Assembly (NCBI RefSeq): GCF_004010195.1
Contig: NC_057754.1
Span: 2,667,498-2,731,150, forward strand
Length of the DNA stretch: 63,653 bases
DNA from: Chiloscyllium plagiosum
Taxonomy: Eukaryota
Direction of reading: 5' to 3'
Every line of letters begins with the position of its first letter. The stretch's first letter is position 1. Below the pieces are notes generated by a model. It was not told the origin of the DNA and ran no database searches. It worked only from the letters and a program-made list of their open reading frames with translations. This document shows, one piece after another, positions 24,835-37,589 of the stretch. A program made the position numbers and the translations under genes.

Positions 24835-25512
24835 TCCCGTCCATCGGACCCCACCACCAGGGATATATTTCCCTCCCCTCCCCTATCAGCGTTCCAAAAA
24901 GACCACTCCCTCCGTGACTCCCTCGTCAGGTCCACACACCCCCCACCAACCCAACCTCCTCCCGGCATCTTCCCCTGCAACCGCAAGAAATGCAAAACTT
25001 GCGCCCACACCTCCCCCCTNNNNNNNNNNNNNNNNNNNNNNNNNNNNNNNNNNNNNNNNNNNNNNNNNNNNNNNNNNNNNNNNNNNNNNNNNNNNNNNNN
25101 NNNNNNNNNNNNNNNNNNNNNNNNNNNNNNNNNNNNNNNNNNNNNNNNNNNNNNNNNNNNNNNNNNNNNNNNNNNNNNNNNNNNNNNNNNNNNNNNNNNN
25201 NATCCCTTGAACTCAGCACCGCCTTCCTAACCTGCAATCTTCTTCCTGACCTCTCCACCCCCACCCCACTCCGGCCTATCACCCTCACCTTGACCTCCTT
25301 CCACCTATCGCATTTCCAACACCCCTCCCCCAAGTCCCTCCTCCCTACCTTTTGTCTTAGCCTGCTGGACACAATTTCCTCATTCCTGAAGAAGGGCTTA
25401 TGCCTGAAACGTCGATTCTCCTGCTCCTTGGATGCTGCCTGACCTGCTGCGCTTTTCCAGCAACACATTTTCAGCTCTGATCTCCAGCATCTGCAGTCCT
25501 CACATTCTCCTC
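24835..25512 (+). mobile_element. 5'-truncated Penelope-like element (Neptune-like; family 1 parent)
   Basis: DPTTRDIFPSPPLSAFQKDHSLRDSLVRS...FPCNRKKCKTCAH (Cys-rich RT-endonuclease linker), gap, then 3' end with hammerhead motif (~25385-25415) and tail. Confidence 0.75.
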
Positions 25513-25676
25513 GAAGATATATTCCTACATACACAGCTTTGTACTGATGGCTGTCTGCTACAGAGGAGAAGGTAAGAATTGTAACTTCCGTGTGATAACA
25601 CCAGTGGTGAGAGACCCCGCCATCCCCACCACAGGTAATGAGGTAAAGCTGCAACGTTCCTTTAGAAGAGCAGCCT

Positions 25677-26143
25677 GATGGCTCAGTGGTTAGCACTGCT
25701 GCCTCACAGCACCAGGGTCCCAGCTTCAATTCCCACCTCGGGCAACTGTCTGTGTGGAGTTTGCTCCCACAGTCCAAAGATGCGCAGGTCGGGTGAATTG
25801 GCCATGCTAAATTGCTCTTAGTGTTAGGTGGATTTGTCAGGGGAATGGATCTGGGTGGGTTGCTCTTCGGAGGGTTGGTGTGGACTTGTTGGGCCGAAGG
25901 GCCTGTTTCCCACGCTGTCGGGAATCTAATCTAATCTGCATGGGTACTCTGGTTTCAGTCCAAATATGTGCAGGTTAGGCGAATTGACCGGACTAAATTG
26001 TCCATAGTGTTCAGGGATGTGTATGATAGGTACATGAGCCATGGGAAATGCAGGATTACAGGTAAGGAGGATGGGCCTGCATGGGATGCTCTTTAGTATG
26101 GACTCATTGGGCCAAATGGCCTGTTCTCACTATGTAGGGATTC
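25677..26143 (+). mobile_element. HE1-type V-SINE plus a second partial copy
   Basis: Copy ends aatctaatctaatct at ~25936; another core/tail follows. Confidence 0.8.
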
Positions 26144-26900
26144 TCTGGAAGAAAGATCATTTTGGCCAGGAGCAATCAAAACCAAAGACCTTCCTGGTCT
26201 GTACATCTCCACAATAGGCCAGGAAGCCAGCAAATCAGCCACAGAACCTGTGTTAACTTGTAACCATATGCCCTGGAGATTCTCCCTGCAAATAATTAAA
26301 ATTAGTATTTTCAAGGCAGTGGGTGCTCACTATTCTTTGCTGAAAGATTCAGTAAGATATTGAAGAGCATTGAGTTCAAACCCTGAGGCACAGACTCACA
26401 TGGTGACAGAGAATGAAAAGGAAAGGGCCAGCCTTTATAGGTCTCCATTCAGGATCTCAAAGTGCTTTAAGATGATATAATGTTTGGAAGTGTTTCACTG
26501 TCAGAATGTCAGAAGTGTTGACAAATGCTTAAATTCTAATTTAATAAAAATTGTCTGAAGAACTCTGTGTATTTTCATTGACCTGTAAACCAATGGCAAC
26601 CCGTGTCCTTAAAATCTTCGATTCTAACCTTAGCTTTTCACTGGAGGCTGAGGGCGGAGCTCCATCGCCATTCCAGTAACTGAAACCTCCCTTTCTGCTT
26701 ACACATTTAAACGCCTCCTGAGTCCTCAGATTAAAGATGTTGAGATTGTTCTCCTTATAGCCAAGAAGGTTAAGGGAAGATACCTACCAGAGTGCTAACA
26801 TTATGAGGATTTTAATTGGTGTTGTGGTACGGGGGTCTTGTGGTGTTGGTAATGTCCCTACCTTTGACCTAGAAGGTCTGGCTTCAAATCCTACCAGTTT

Positions 26901-27705
26901 CAGAGTCATAGAGATGTACAGCATGGAAACAGACCCTTCGGTCCAACCCGTCCATGCCGACCAGATATCCCAACCTAATCTATTCCCACCTGCCAGCACC
27001 CGGCCCATATCCCTCCAAACCCTTCCTATTCATATACTCATCCAAATGCCTCTTAAATGTCGTCATTTTACCAGCCTCCACCACATCCTCTGGCAGCTCA
27101 TTCCACACACACACCACCCTCTGGGTGAAAAAGTTGCCCCTTAGGTTCCTTTCATATCTTTCCCCTCTCACCCTAAACCCATGCCCTTTAGTTCTGGACT
27201 CCCCGCCCCCAGGGAAAAGACTTGCCTATTTACCCTATCCATGCCCCTCATAATTTTGTATACCTCTACGAGGTCACCCCTCAGTCTCCAATGCTCCAGG
27301 GAAAACAGCCTCAGCCTGTTGAGCCTTTCCCTGTAGCTCAGATCCTCCAACCCTGGGAACATCCTTGTAAATCCTTTCTGAACCCTTTCAAGTTTCACAA
27401 CATCTTTCCGATAGGAAGGAGACCAGAATTGCACGCAATATTCCAACAGTGGCCTAACCAATGTCCTGAACAGCTGCAACATGACCTCCCAACTCCTGTA
27501 CTCAATACTCTGACCAATAAAGGAAACCATACCAAACGCCGCCTTCACTATCCATTCTATCTGCGACTCTACTTTCAAGGAGCTATGAACCTGCACTCCA
27601 AGGTCTCCTTGTTCAGCAACACTCCCCAGGACCTTACCATTAAGTGTATAAGTCCTGCTGAGATTTGCTTTCTCAAAATGCAGCACCTCGCATTTATCTA
27701 AATTA
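26901..27705 (-). mobile_element. CR1 LINE ORF2 C-terminal part and 3' UTR
   Basis: LVRPLLEYCVQFWSPSYRKDVVKLERVQK...RLRGDLVEVYKIM; NFFTQRVVCVWNELPE. Confidence 0.9.
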
Positions 27706-27844
27706 ATAACATCTGGTTAGAAAGTAAATAGGTGCCATTGTCAGGGGGAAAGGGTGGAACAATGGTCATATTATAGGTCTAATGATCCAGAGCCCCTAAC
27801 TAGTGTTCTAGGCACATGGGTTCAAATCCCACCACAGCAGGTGA

Positions 27845-28252
27845 TTTTAAAATGACACAAAACCAGGTTATAGTCCATCAGGTTTACTTGGAAACACCAG
27901 CTTTCAGATCATTGCTCCTTCCTCAGGTGGTTGTGAAGCAGGACCATAAGACACAGAATTTATAGCAAAAGATTACAATGTCATGCAACTGATATATTGA
28001 ACCAACCTCGATTGTTAAGTGTTTCATCTTTTAGAACGGGGTTGCAGGTTTTGGTTCATTAATGTTTAAATCCCAGAACTTCTTTGAAGTCACATTCTCA
28101 AGATAATTTAAGGTTTTATAAAAGAAGGTGACATCTCAGCTCAGACAATGCATAAAAGGTGTGAGGCCAGAGTCTGGCTGTATCCCAATCTTGAGTCAGA
28201 CCAGTTCTATTTCCAATATGGAATTTTTACAAAATATTACATGGATTGACTG
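27845..28252 (-). mobile_element. PLE family 2 terminal repeat, diverged
   Basis: Homologous to 56213-56430 (accaggttatagtcc...acacagaatttatagcaaaa). Confidence 0.6.
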
Positions 28253-28289
28253 AAAAGGTGTAATAGTAGGATCTTAGGACACAGTAGTA

Positions 28290-29024
28290 GTTAGATTAGA
28301 TTCCCTACAGTGTGGAAACAGGCCCTTCAGCCCAACGAGTCCGCACCAACCCTCCGAAGAGTAACCTACCCAGACCCATTTCCCTCTGACTAATGCACCT
28401 AACACTATGGGCAATTTAGCACAGCCAATCCACCCTAACCTGCATATCTTTGGATTGTAGGAGGAAACCCACGCAGACATGGGGAGAATGTGCAAACTCC
28501 ACACAGACAACTGCCCGAGGCTGGAATCGAACCTGGGACCCTGGTGCTGTGAGGCAGACGCACTAACCACTGAGCCACCATGGTCGTGTTATAGAAGCCA
28601 TAGAGTCACAGTGTGGAAGCAGGCCATTTGGTCCATCCAGTTCTCACTGACCCTCCAAAGAGCATCCCACCAAGACCCAGCTCCCTACTCTAACCCTGTA
28701 ACCCCCCACTTACCATGGCTAATCCGCCGAACCTGCACATCTTTAGACTGTGGGAGGAAACTAGAGCATCCTGAAGAAGGGCTTATGCCCGAAACGTCGA
28801 TTCTCCTGTTCCTTGGATGCTGCCTGACCTGCTGCGCTTTTCCAGCAACACATTTTCAGCTCTGATCTCCAGCATCTGCAGTCCTCACTTTTTCCATCCA
28901 GAAGTAACCCATGGAGACACTGAGAGAATGTGCAAACTCTACACAGACAGTCACCCGAGGCTGGAACTGAACCCAGATGTGCTATGAGGCAGCAGTGCTA
29001 ACCACTGAGCCACTGTGCCACCCC
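28290..29024 (-). mobile_element. Two tandem HE1 SINEs, the second interrupted by a PLE family-1 end (28771-28895)
   Basis: Heads end at ~28582 and ~29024; insert carries an intact hammerhead core at 28771-28800. Confidence 0.8.
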
Positions 29025-29241
29025 ATGGTGTCCCTACCTCTGAGCCAGGATGTCTGGGTTTCAACCTCACCTGTACCATAGATATGTATTAAAACATTTA
29101 AACAGGTTGATTAAAATACTTGGGTACAGCCGTAGTGCCCCTAACTCTGAGCCAGGAGCCTGAGGTTCAGTCAAAACTGCTCCAGAGCTGCCTAATAACA
29201 TCTCTGAACAAGTTGATTAGGAAATAATCAAGGGCTGCTTT

Positions 29242-29527
29242 CTGGCTCAGTGGTTAGCACAGCTGCCTCACAGCATCATGGGTCCCAGGTTCGATTCCAA
29301 CCTAGGGCAGCTGTCTGTGTGGAGTTTGCACATTCTCCCTGTGTCTGTGTGGGTTTACCCCCACAGTCCAAAGGTGTGCAGGTCAGGGTGAATTGGCTGT
29401 GCTAAATTGCCCCATAGTGTTAGGTGCGTCAGTCAGAGGTAAATGGATCTGGGTGTGTTACTCTTCGGAGGGTCGGTGTGGACTCGCTGGGCTGAAGGGC
29501 CTGTTTCCACGCTGTAGGGGAATCTAA
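29242..29527 (+). mobile_element. HE1-type V-SINE
   Basis: Full-length, head-to-head with the preceding copy. Confidence 0.85.
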
Positions 29528-29605
29528 AACAAAAACTAGAGTAAATGAGGCAGAAGGCCTGAGTTCAGGATCTGTCTGCTGCAGGCATGTGTCATAACAT
29601 GTCTG

Positions 29606-30419
29606 GATGAGTGGTGCTGGAAAAGCACAGCAGTTCAGGCAGCATCCGAGGAGCAGTAAAATCGTCGTTTTGGGCTTTTGTATTCATCGGGAATACAGGC
29701 AGAGAGCCTGAAGGGTGGAGTGATAAGTGAGAGGAGGGTGAGGGTGGGGGTGGGGAGAATGTAGCATAGAGTACAATAGGTGAGTGGGGGAGGGGATGAA
29801 GGTGAAGGTCGGGGGGGAGAGAGTGAAGTGGATAGGTGGAAAAGGAGCTAGGCAGGTCGGACAAGTCCGGACAGGTCAAGGGGACAGTGCGGGCTGGAAG
29901 TTTGNNNNNNNNNNNNNNNNNNNNNNNNNNNNNNNNNNNNNNNNNNNNNNNNNNNNNNNNNNNNNNNNNNNNNNNNNNNNNNNNNNNNNNNNNNNNNNNN
30001 NNNNNNNNNNNNNNNNNNNNNNNNNNNNNNNNNNNNNNNNNNNNNNNNNNNNNNNNNNNNNNNNNNNNNNNNNNNNNNNNNNNNNNNNNNNNNNNNNNNN
30101 NNNNNNNNNNNNNNNNNNNNNNNNNNNNNNNNNNNNNNNNNNNNNNNNNNNNNNNNNNNNNNNNNNNNNNNNNNNNNNNNNNCACCTTCATCCCCTCCCT
30201 CACTCACCTATTGTACTCTATGCTACTTTCTCCCCACCCCCACCCTCCTCTCACTTATCTCTCCACCCTTCAGGCTCTCTGCCTGTATTCCTGATGAAGG
30301 GCTTTTGCCCGAAAAGTTGATTTCCCTGCTCCTCGGATGCTGTCTGAACTGCTGTGCTCTTCCAGCACCACTCTAATCTCGACTCTGGTTTCCAGCATCT
30401 GCAGTCCTTGTTTTTACCC
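29606..30419. mobile_element. Larger PLE insertion with inverted termini and 13-bp TSD
   Basis: Inverted arms either side of gap 29905-30182; TSD cataacatgtctg 29593-29605 and 30420-30432; tail on right arm; hammerhead-like core ~30291-30320. Confidence 0.8.
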
Positions 30420-30872
30420 CATAACATGTCTGAACAGGTTGATTTTTCTAAAATCTGCAATTGTTCACATCAGGAAGAAAGGGAGTAAATGAGGAGAAAC
30501 TGTTACTGCTGGTAGGTGGGTTGGTCACCTGAAGATTTGTAATCTATCTGGAATTAAGCATCTAATGATGACCATGAAATCATTGTCAATTGTTGGCAAA
30601 ACCCATCTGGTCCACTAGTGTCCTTCAGGGAAGGAAATCTGTCATCCTTACCCAGTCTGGCCTACATGTGCTTCCAGGCCCACAGCAATGTGGTTATCTC
30701 TGATTTGCTCTCTGAGATGGCCGAGCAAGCCACTCAGTTGGACCAATTGCTACAAAGTCTCAAAGGAATTAGACTGGATGGATCACTTGGCATCAACTTA
30801 GGACCAAGATTAGAGCGGTGCTGGAAAAGCACAGCAGGTCAGACATGAATCCAAGGAGCAGGAAAATCGACG

Positions 30873-31179
30873 TTAGATTAGATTCCCTACAGTGTGGAAA
30901 CAGGCTCTTCGGCCCAGCCAGTCCACACCGACCCTCCGAAGAGTAACCCACCCAGACCCATTTCCCTCTGACTAATTCACCTAACACTATGGGTCAATTT
31001 AGCAATGGCCAATTCACCGGGCCTGCACATCTTTGGACAGTGGGAGGAAACCGGAGCACCCGGAGGAAACCCACACAGACACGGGGAGAATGTGCAAACT
31101 CCACACAGACAGTCGCCCGAGGCTGGAATCGAACCTGGGACCCTGGTGCTGTGAGGCAGGAGTGCTAACCACTGAGCCA
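30873..31179 (-). mobile_element. HE1-type V-SINE
   Basis: Head, core and tail. Confidence 0.85.
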
Positions 31180-31956
31180 ATTATGTTGGGAAAGAGTTAG
31201 AGGCGATGCGAGAGATTTTCTTTAATGTGATTTTGAGACCGAGAATACACTGCCTGAAAGTGTGGCGGAATGTTTGAGAGATTGGATAAATATTTGAGAG
31301 GGAAAAGTTTGCCATGGAATGAGGAAGGGAGTGATCTAATCCAATACCTGTTTCAAAGAAGCAACATTACACTATGGGCTCAATGGCCTCTTTCTACAGA
31401 AAGACCCCACAATTCTCTCGATGCAACTATGCTTTCCGTTACCTCCCAAGCTGTTCCATTGCTGTTCAGCATCTGTTTCTCCTCTGGGCAGTGTCTTGTA
31501 ACTTTATAGCAATGAAAATGCTGTAGAGACTTCCTGAGTTCTTTCCTGCATTGAGATCAGAGACACTGTACAGAATAGAGTAAAGAGCGAAAATAGACAG
31601 TAATTTGCAGCTTTTAAGTGAGATGGCTACCCTGAAAGTGTGGATTCATCCTAGTGGCTCAGAATTACTTGGATCTTAAAACACTTCAAATGCCTTTTCT
31701 GGCAATATGTTGGTTTTAGAGTTTTGAACTAGGAGTTTTGCTCCGGCCCACCGCCTTCAACCTCTCTATCTCTGTAATCTTCTTCAGCACTAAAAACCCC
31801 AGAGCTGACCTGTCGTCTACCATTTTAAGTTGTGCCTTCAGCTGCCTGCACGGTAAGCTCTAGAATTCGCTCCGCAAACGTCTCCACTTCTCTGTCTCCT
31901 TCTTAAGTCACTCCTTAAAAGTGTGACAATGCTGCTGCTGCTGCTGCTTTCACAAG

Positions 31957-32243
31957 GTTAGATTCCCTGCACTGTGGAAACAGGCCCTTTGGCCCAACCA
32001 GTCCTCCGAAGAGTAACCCACCCAGACCCATTTCCCTCTGACTAATGCACCTAACACCACGGGCGATTCAACATGGCCAATTCACCCTGACCTGCACATC
32101 TTTGTGACTGTGGGAGGAAACCGGAGCACACCCACAGATAGAATGTGCAAACTCCACACAGACGGTAACCGAAGGCTGGAATCGAACCTGGGTCCCTGGT
32201 GTTGTGAGACAGCAGTGCTAACCACTGAGCCACCGTGCCGCCC
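31957..32243 (-). mobile_element. HE1-type V-SINE nested in the LTR
   Basis: TSD aaggtta 31954-31960 / 32245-32251. Confidence 0.85.
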
Positions 32244-32880
32244 AAAGGTTATGTTGTTCTTGGCCTTTCTTTCAAGAGGGATTCTGAAAGGTACAGGTTC
32301 TGATTTGTCAGGGAGTTAGGCTGGCTAACAGATACAGCCCAGGGCAACAATCAAGGAAAAGGGTTTTAGGCTTTTTAAAAACAGTTTTACAATGAATGGG
32401 GAGCAGCTGGTTCTTCCTGTTCATGCATTTTTCCAGTTTGATTTAACTTTAGCTGGGGACCCAGAGAAGCCGCTGCAGTTAAAGAAGGTTCAACATTTTA
32501 GCAAATGATCCCAGGCTGATCCTCTCTCTCTCTCTGACATCTCTACTGTAAGAACCTATGTTTGAATTTACCTTTTTTTGCCAAGGGGTGTGGTAATGGG
32601 AATGGTGCAGGAAATTGGAACAGCTCCTTTGTTAAGTTGCAGGGGATATCATGTCAGTTGGGTTTTCCAATTGTCGTTATTTTAAATTCTGTTTTCTTTT
32701 GTTTGTGTATCATTTGTTGGTGTATAAATAAATTCTGTTTTACTTGAAGCTTAGTGGTTTGACCAGCTGCATCACTTCTGGCATATCCACTTTACATCTA
32801 CCTAAAACAACTCGGAAAGTTAGGGTCTGGGCTATCTTCTTAAAATGTTTTAAGGGGGTCTGGCCTGATCCATAACAGAT

Positions 32881-32898
32881 TGGGGGTTTGTCCGGGAT
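32881..32898 (+). promoter_or_regulatory. Primer-binding site complementary to tRNA-Pro 3' end
   Basis: TGGGGGTTTGTCCGGGAT versus canonical TGGGGGCTCGTCCGGGAT (16/18; both differences C>T). Confidence 0.75.
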
Positions 32899-33423
32899 CT
32901 ATTCTATAGTTCCGATTTGGGATTAGGGTTGTTGGACTGAAAGGCAGCGAGAGGTAGGTATAGTGTCTTTTGTTCCAAGTGTTAAATTCAGTTGGTTTAA
33001 ATAGTCCTGGGTGAAGTAATGGCTTTTCCAGTCAGCAAGAGTTTTCTGGGAGTGGAAGAAGTGATTCTGGGGGCTTTACAAAAGGTAAATTGAAAGACAG
33101 CTTCTTACAGGAGAGATGTCAGAGAGAGAAAGGATCAGCCAGGGATCATTTACTGAAGCATGGAGCCTCTGTCTACTATAACAGCTTCTCTGGATCCTTA
33201 GCTAAATCTAAACCAAACTAGAAAAATCCATGTACTGGGAGAACTGGCCGCTCTCCTTTCATTGTATGACTGTTTTCAAATAAAACCTAAAACCCTTTTC
33301 ACTGGTTGTTGCCTCGGGCAGTACATGTCTGCCATTAGCAATGACCCCAAACTCCAGACAAATTGGAACCTCTGCCTTTTACAACCCCTCTTGACAAAAA
33401 GAAAAGAAGGACACCATAACCTT

Positions 33424-33639
33424 TGAAAGAAAGTGAGGGCTGCAGATGCTGGAGATCAGAGCTGAAAATGTGTTGCTGGAAAAGCGCAGCAGGTCAGGCA
33501 GCATCCAGGGAACAGGAGAATCGACGTTTCGGGCATAAGCCCTTCTTCAGGTTTCGGGCTTATGCCCGAAACGTCGATTCTCCTGCTCCTTAGATGCTGC
33601 CTGACCTGCTGCGCTTTTCCAGCAACACATTTTCAGCGC
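33424..33639. mobile_element. PLE-derived fold-back (family 1) with 14-bp TSD
   Basis: TSD gacaccataacctt 33410-33423 / 33640-33653; intact hammerhead core on - strand 33521-33551. Confidence 0.85.
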
Positions 33640-35325
33640 GACACCATAACCTTGTTAAAGGAACAGCATCGTCACAAAAGCAAGCATTTCATCACTACCT
33701 TCATGTCTCTTTCTTTGGTTTAGTATCTGTTTTTGACTGATAAACCTCGAGCCCAGCACCTTGGGACATTCTCAACGTTAAAGTCACTATTTATACTCAT
33801 TTTGGTCTGCGCCCTTCAGTTCTTCACTTATCAAGGGAACACTTCCACAAGCGAGGGAGCCCATGATAAAATATTGCCTTCTGAAGAGGGTAAAAGGCAA
33901 GAATAAAAAAGAACATGATGCAGAGACGGAAGTTAACTTTTATCATTTGGACACAGAGGAATTTTATGTTGGGATCAGCCCTGCATTTATTTGCAGCAGT
34001 CTATAATCAGAATTGTACTGAGTCTTCTCTATTTCTTCAACATGATTGTCATACCAGCAAAACCACCCACCACAAGCTGAATGACTTCCTGATATAATAT
34101 ATTCTGAGCCTGGGAGAGACAGTTAGAAGCCTCTGTTAGAACGCCTTTCCTTTTGCTCACTTTGACATTCACTGCTTCCTGTGGCTAAACGCGCTGCCAC
34201 ATTGTGACATGAAGCCACACGTGGATAAGTACACTCACAGGTACGATCCCCTCCCAGTGTTGCTCAAGCAGTAGACTCCACTGCAATGGTGGTGAGCCGC
34301 CCAAATAGCCCTGAGCCGTTGACAGCAAAGAGTCAACCTTACCCACCATTCCCAAAATTCCATGTTAAAAAGCAAGCATTTTCTTCTTCTTGTGCTGTGG
34401 TGCCCTCAGACTATCCTGAGGGAAAACCGCAGAATCATTTTCAAAGTACTTTGTCAGGAGAACAAAGGCAACAGCCAATTAGTGCATAGCAAGATCCCAT
34501 AAACAACAAGTTAAATGAGCTTGGGTGAGAAAATGTGCTCATGTGTTATTGGGTAAAGAAGGAATGTTGGTCATGACAAGGAGAGAAATTCCTGCTCATC
34601 TTGGGATACTCAGTGATATTATTAACATCCACCTGAGCAGTGGACTAAGATCTCATTTAAAAGACAATGCCTTGGTCAGTGCAGGAGACCCTCGGGACCA
34701 TGGAAAGTTAACCTGGAGGAACGCCAAAATCCCGGAGTGGGGTCTTCATGCCTGAGTGAGGGACAAGAATGTTTATGCTTAGCTTTTGCAAGTTGGAACA
34801 TGAGGGCAAAAGGAAGAGGAAAGGACCAAGTTCTCTGTGCAATCCTCAAATTTTCGCCCAAAATACACTTTATCCTGAAAGTTTGTGAAAATGCAATATA
34901 AGATATTTCAACTCAAAAATGACAGAAATTCCAATAAAGTTCACATTTAGTCTCATGTGAAGTGTTATAACACAATCCCAATACCTTTGTTGATCCACAC
35001 TGTTTGTTTCTTGTCAATCACAGCCTGATTTTCAGCCCCTTAGTGCATTTTGTTGAAAGAGCCTTTTGAGCTTTCTCACCATGGGGCATAGCCACGCGTG
35101 TGAGGTACTTGAGGGATTCCAAACTTCACAAGTGGACAAGAGCATCAGCTTGTAATGACTGTGCTTTCCTCCCTCCCTGTTGTTTTACTATGACGCCTCA
35201 TCTGGGTTCATCTTTTGTCTTCTTATCGAAGAAAATAGGTACAGGGTAGGCCATTCAGCTTCTTCATCCTCAGTGACTGATCTGTGGCCTAAATACATAA
35301 ATCTGCCTTTGGCCCTTAATACTCT

Positions 35326-35532
35326 GAAACCAAAAGAGAAAATGCTGGAAAATCTCAGCAGGTCCGGCAGCATCTGTAAGGAGAGAAAAGAGCTGACGTT
35401 TCGAGTCTAACTCAGTTAGACTCGAAACGTCAGCTCTTTTCTCTCCTTACAGATGCTGCCAGACCTGCTGAGATTTTCCAGCATTTTCTCTTTTGGTTTC
35501 AGATTCCAGCATCTGCACTAATTTGCTTTTAT
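35326..35532. mobile_element. PLE-derived near-perfect hairpin (family 4) with 13-bp TSD
   Basis: Centre cgagtctaact-c-agttagactcg at ~35412; TSD cccttaatactct 35313-35325 / 35533-35545. Confidence 0.85.
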
Positions 35533-35678
35533 CCCTTAATACTCTTGCTGAACAAAAACTTATCTATTTTAGATTTAAACTTAACAACTGATTGAGCATC
35601 TACTGCTGTTTGTAGCAGACAGTGCCAAATATCTGGAAGTGCTTCCTAATATCTTTCCTGATTGGTCTCAGACTATAC

Positions 35679-35953
35679 GGGGCGGCACGGTGGCACAGTG
35701 GTTAGCACTGCTGCCTCACAGTGCCAGTAGACCTGGGTTCAAATCCTACCTCAGGTGACTGACTGTGTGGAGTTTGCACGTTCTCCCCGTGTCTGCGTGG
35801 GTTTCCTCCCACAGTCCAAAAATGTGCAAGTCAGGTGAATTGGCCGTGCTAAATTGCCCGTAGTGTTAGGTGAAGGAATAAATGTAGGGGAATGGGTCGG
35901 TGTGGACTTGTTAGGCCGAAGGGCCTGTTTCCACACTGTAAGCAATCTAATCT
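35679..35953 (+). mobile_element. HE1-type V-SINE
   Basis: ggggcggcacggtggcacagtggttagc head through aatctaatct tail. Confidence 0.85.
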
Positions 35954-36439
35954 ATACCCCCTTAATTCTAGGAGCCCCCAATCAGTGGGAATAGATTATC
36001 TTTATCTACCTTGTCTTTTCCTGTTAATACCTTGAAGATTCAAACAGATCATCCCTTAATTCGAGAGAAATCGGGCCTAATTTGTATAATATTTGCTTCA
36101 TTCCCACTCCACCTCCCCACTAACATGACTCCCCCGCAAAACCTCTTGCCTCATGCCATCACCTTTTTCCTCAGTAATCATTTACTTTCTCCTACCTTCA
36201 ACCATATCACTGACAGGCAATTTTGTTTCTTCCTTTCCCTCTGTGCTTTTATGATTTAGGGATTCCATGAATGCTGTTAATCTCTCACATTTTCCAGTTC
36301 TGACAGGAGGCCATTTACCTGAAGTGTTCACACTGTTTGTCTCTCCCCACAAATTCTGCCTGATCAGCAAACTATGTTCACCAATTTCAGTCTTTACCAA
36401 AAGCACCGAAAGTGACGCACTCAGAGGCTCATTGAGGAC

Positions 36440-37211
36440 AGGCACAGTTTGGAGGGTCAGTACGAGGGAGCATTGCACTATTGGAGGGTAAGCATTGAAG
36501 GAGCACTGCATTATCGGAGGATCAATACTGAGGGAGTGCCACACTGTCGGAGGGTCAGTGCTGAGGGAGCAGACACTGTCGGAAGGTCAGTGCTAAGGCA
36601 GCGGACACTGTTGGAGGGTCAGTGCTGAGGGAGTGCCCCACTGTCAGAGGGTCAGCGCTGAGGGAGTGCCCCACTGTCGGAGGGTCAGTGCTGAGGGAGT
36701 GGTCACTGTCGGAGGGTCAGTGGTGAAGGAGCGCCGCACTGTCGGAGGGTCAGTGCTGAGGGAGCGGGCACTGTTGGAGGATCAGCGCTGAGGGAGTGGG
36801 CACTGTTGGAGGGTCAGTGCTGAGGGAGTGCCCCACTGGAGGGTCAGTGCTGAGGGAGTGGGCACTGTTAGAGGGTCAGAGCTGAGGGAGTGCCGCACTG
36901 TCGGAGGGTCAATGCTGAGGGAGCACCGCACTGTCGGAGGGTCAACGCTGAGGGAGCACCGCACTGTTGGATAGTCAGTGGTGAAGGAGCGCCGCACTGT
37001 CGGAGAGTCAGTGCTGAGAGAGCCTCGTACTCTCAGAGGGTCAGTGCTGAGAGAGCCTCGTACTGTCAGAGGGTCAGTGCTGAGAGAGCCTCGTACTCTC
37101 AGAGGGTCAGTGCTGAGGGAGCCTCGTACTCTCAGAGGGTCAGTGCTGAGGGAGCCTCGTACTCTCAGAGGGTCAGTGCTGAGGGAGCCTCGTACTCTCA
37201 GAGGGTCAGTG
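36440..37211 (+). repeat. 31-33 bp minisatellite
   Basis: Unit cactgtcggagggtcagtgctgagggagtgccg, about 23 copies; 33-nt period confirmed at 36896/36929 and 37021/37054. Confidence 0.9.
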
Positions 37212-37589
37212 GCCTCCCTTCAGAGAGTTCTCCACTGGTTCTGAAGAATGTTGGGAACTCAAGAGCGGGTGAATAATTCTGAATTTCCAACTTCCCAGCG
37301 TATTGTGCTTTTACGTTTATATAATGCCAAATTCAATGTACTAAAATGCCCCAAGGTGCTTCACAGGGGTGTTAACAGACAAAAATTTGATTATCAACAA
37401 ACCAGAAGGGGAAATATTACAATTTGGTAAATCAGTTTTAGGGAGCAGAGTGAGGTGGGCGAGATTTGACAAGGGAATTTCTGGACTTTGGCTTAAGCAC
37501 TTGAAATCATGTTTTTCAGTAATAGGATAATAGAAATCAATCATAAACAAAAAACTAGAAGCACAAAGATCCTAGAGGTTTACATGATG

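Larger units (their letters stand above)
31922..33093 (+). mobile_element. LTR retroelement 5' remnant: LTR (interrupted by HE1) + tRNA-Pro PBS + possible gag start
   Basis: TG (31922, tentative) ... aataaa (~32727) ... TAACA (32877); PBS-like sequence 3 nt later; ATG 33019 MAFPVSKSFLGVEEVILGALQKVN*. Confidence 0.6.

Noticed and set aside
35679..35750. tRNA-like A/B boxes
   Set aside because: These are tRNA-derived HE1 SINE heads that continue into the V-core, not tRNA genes.
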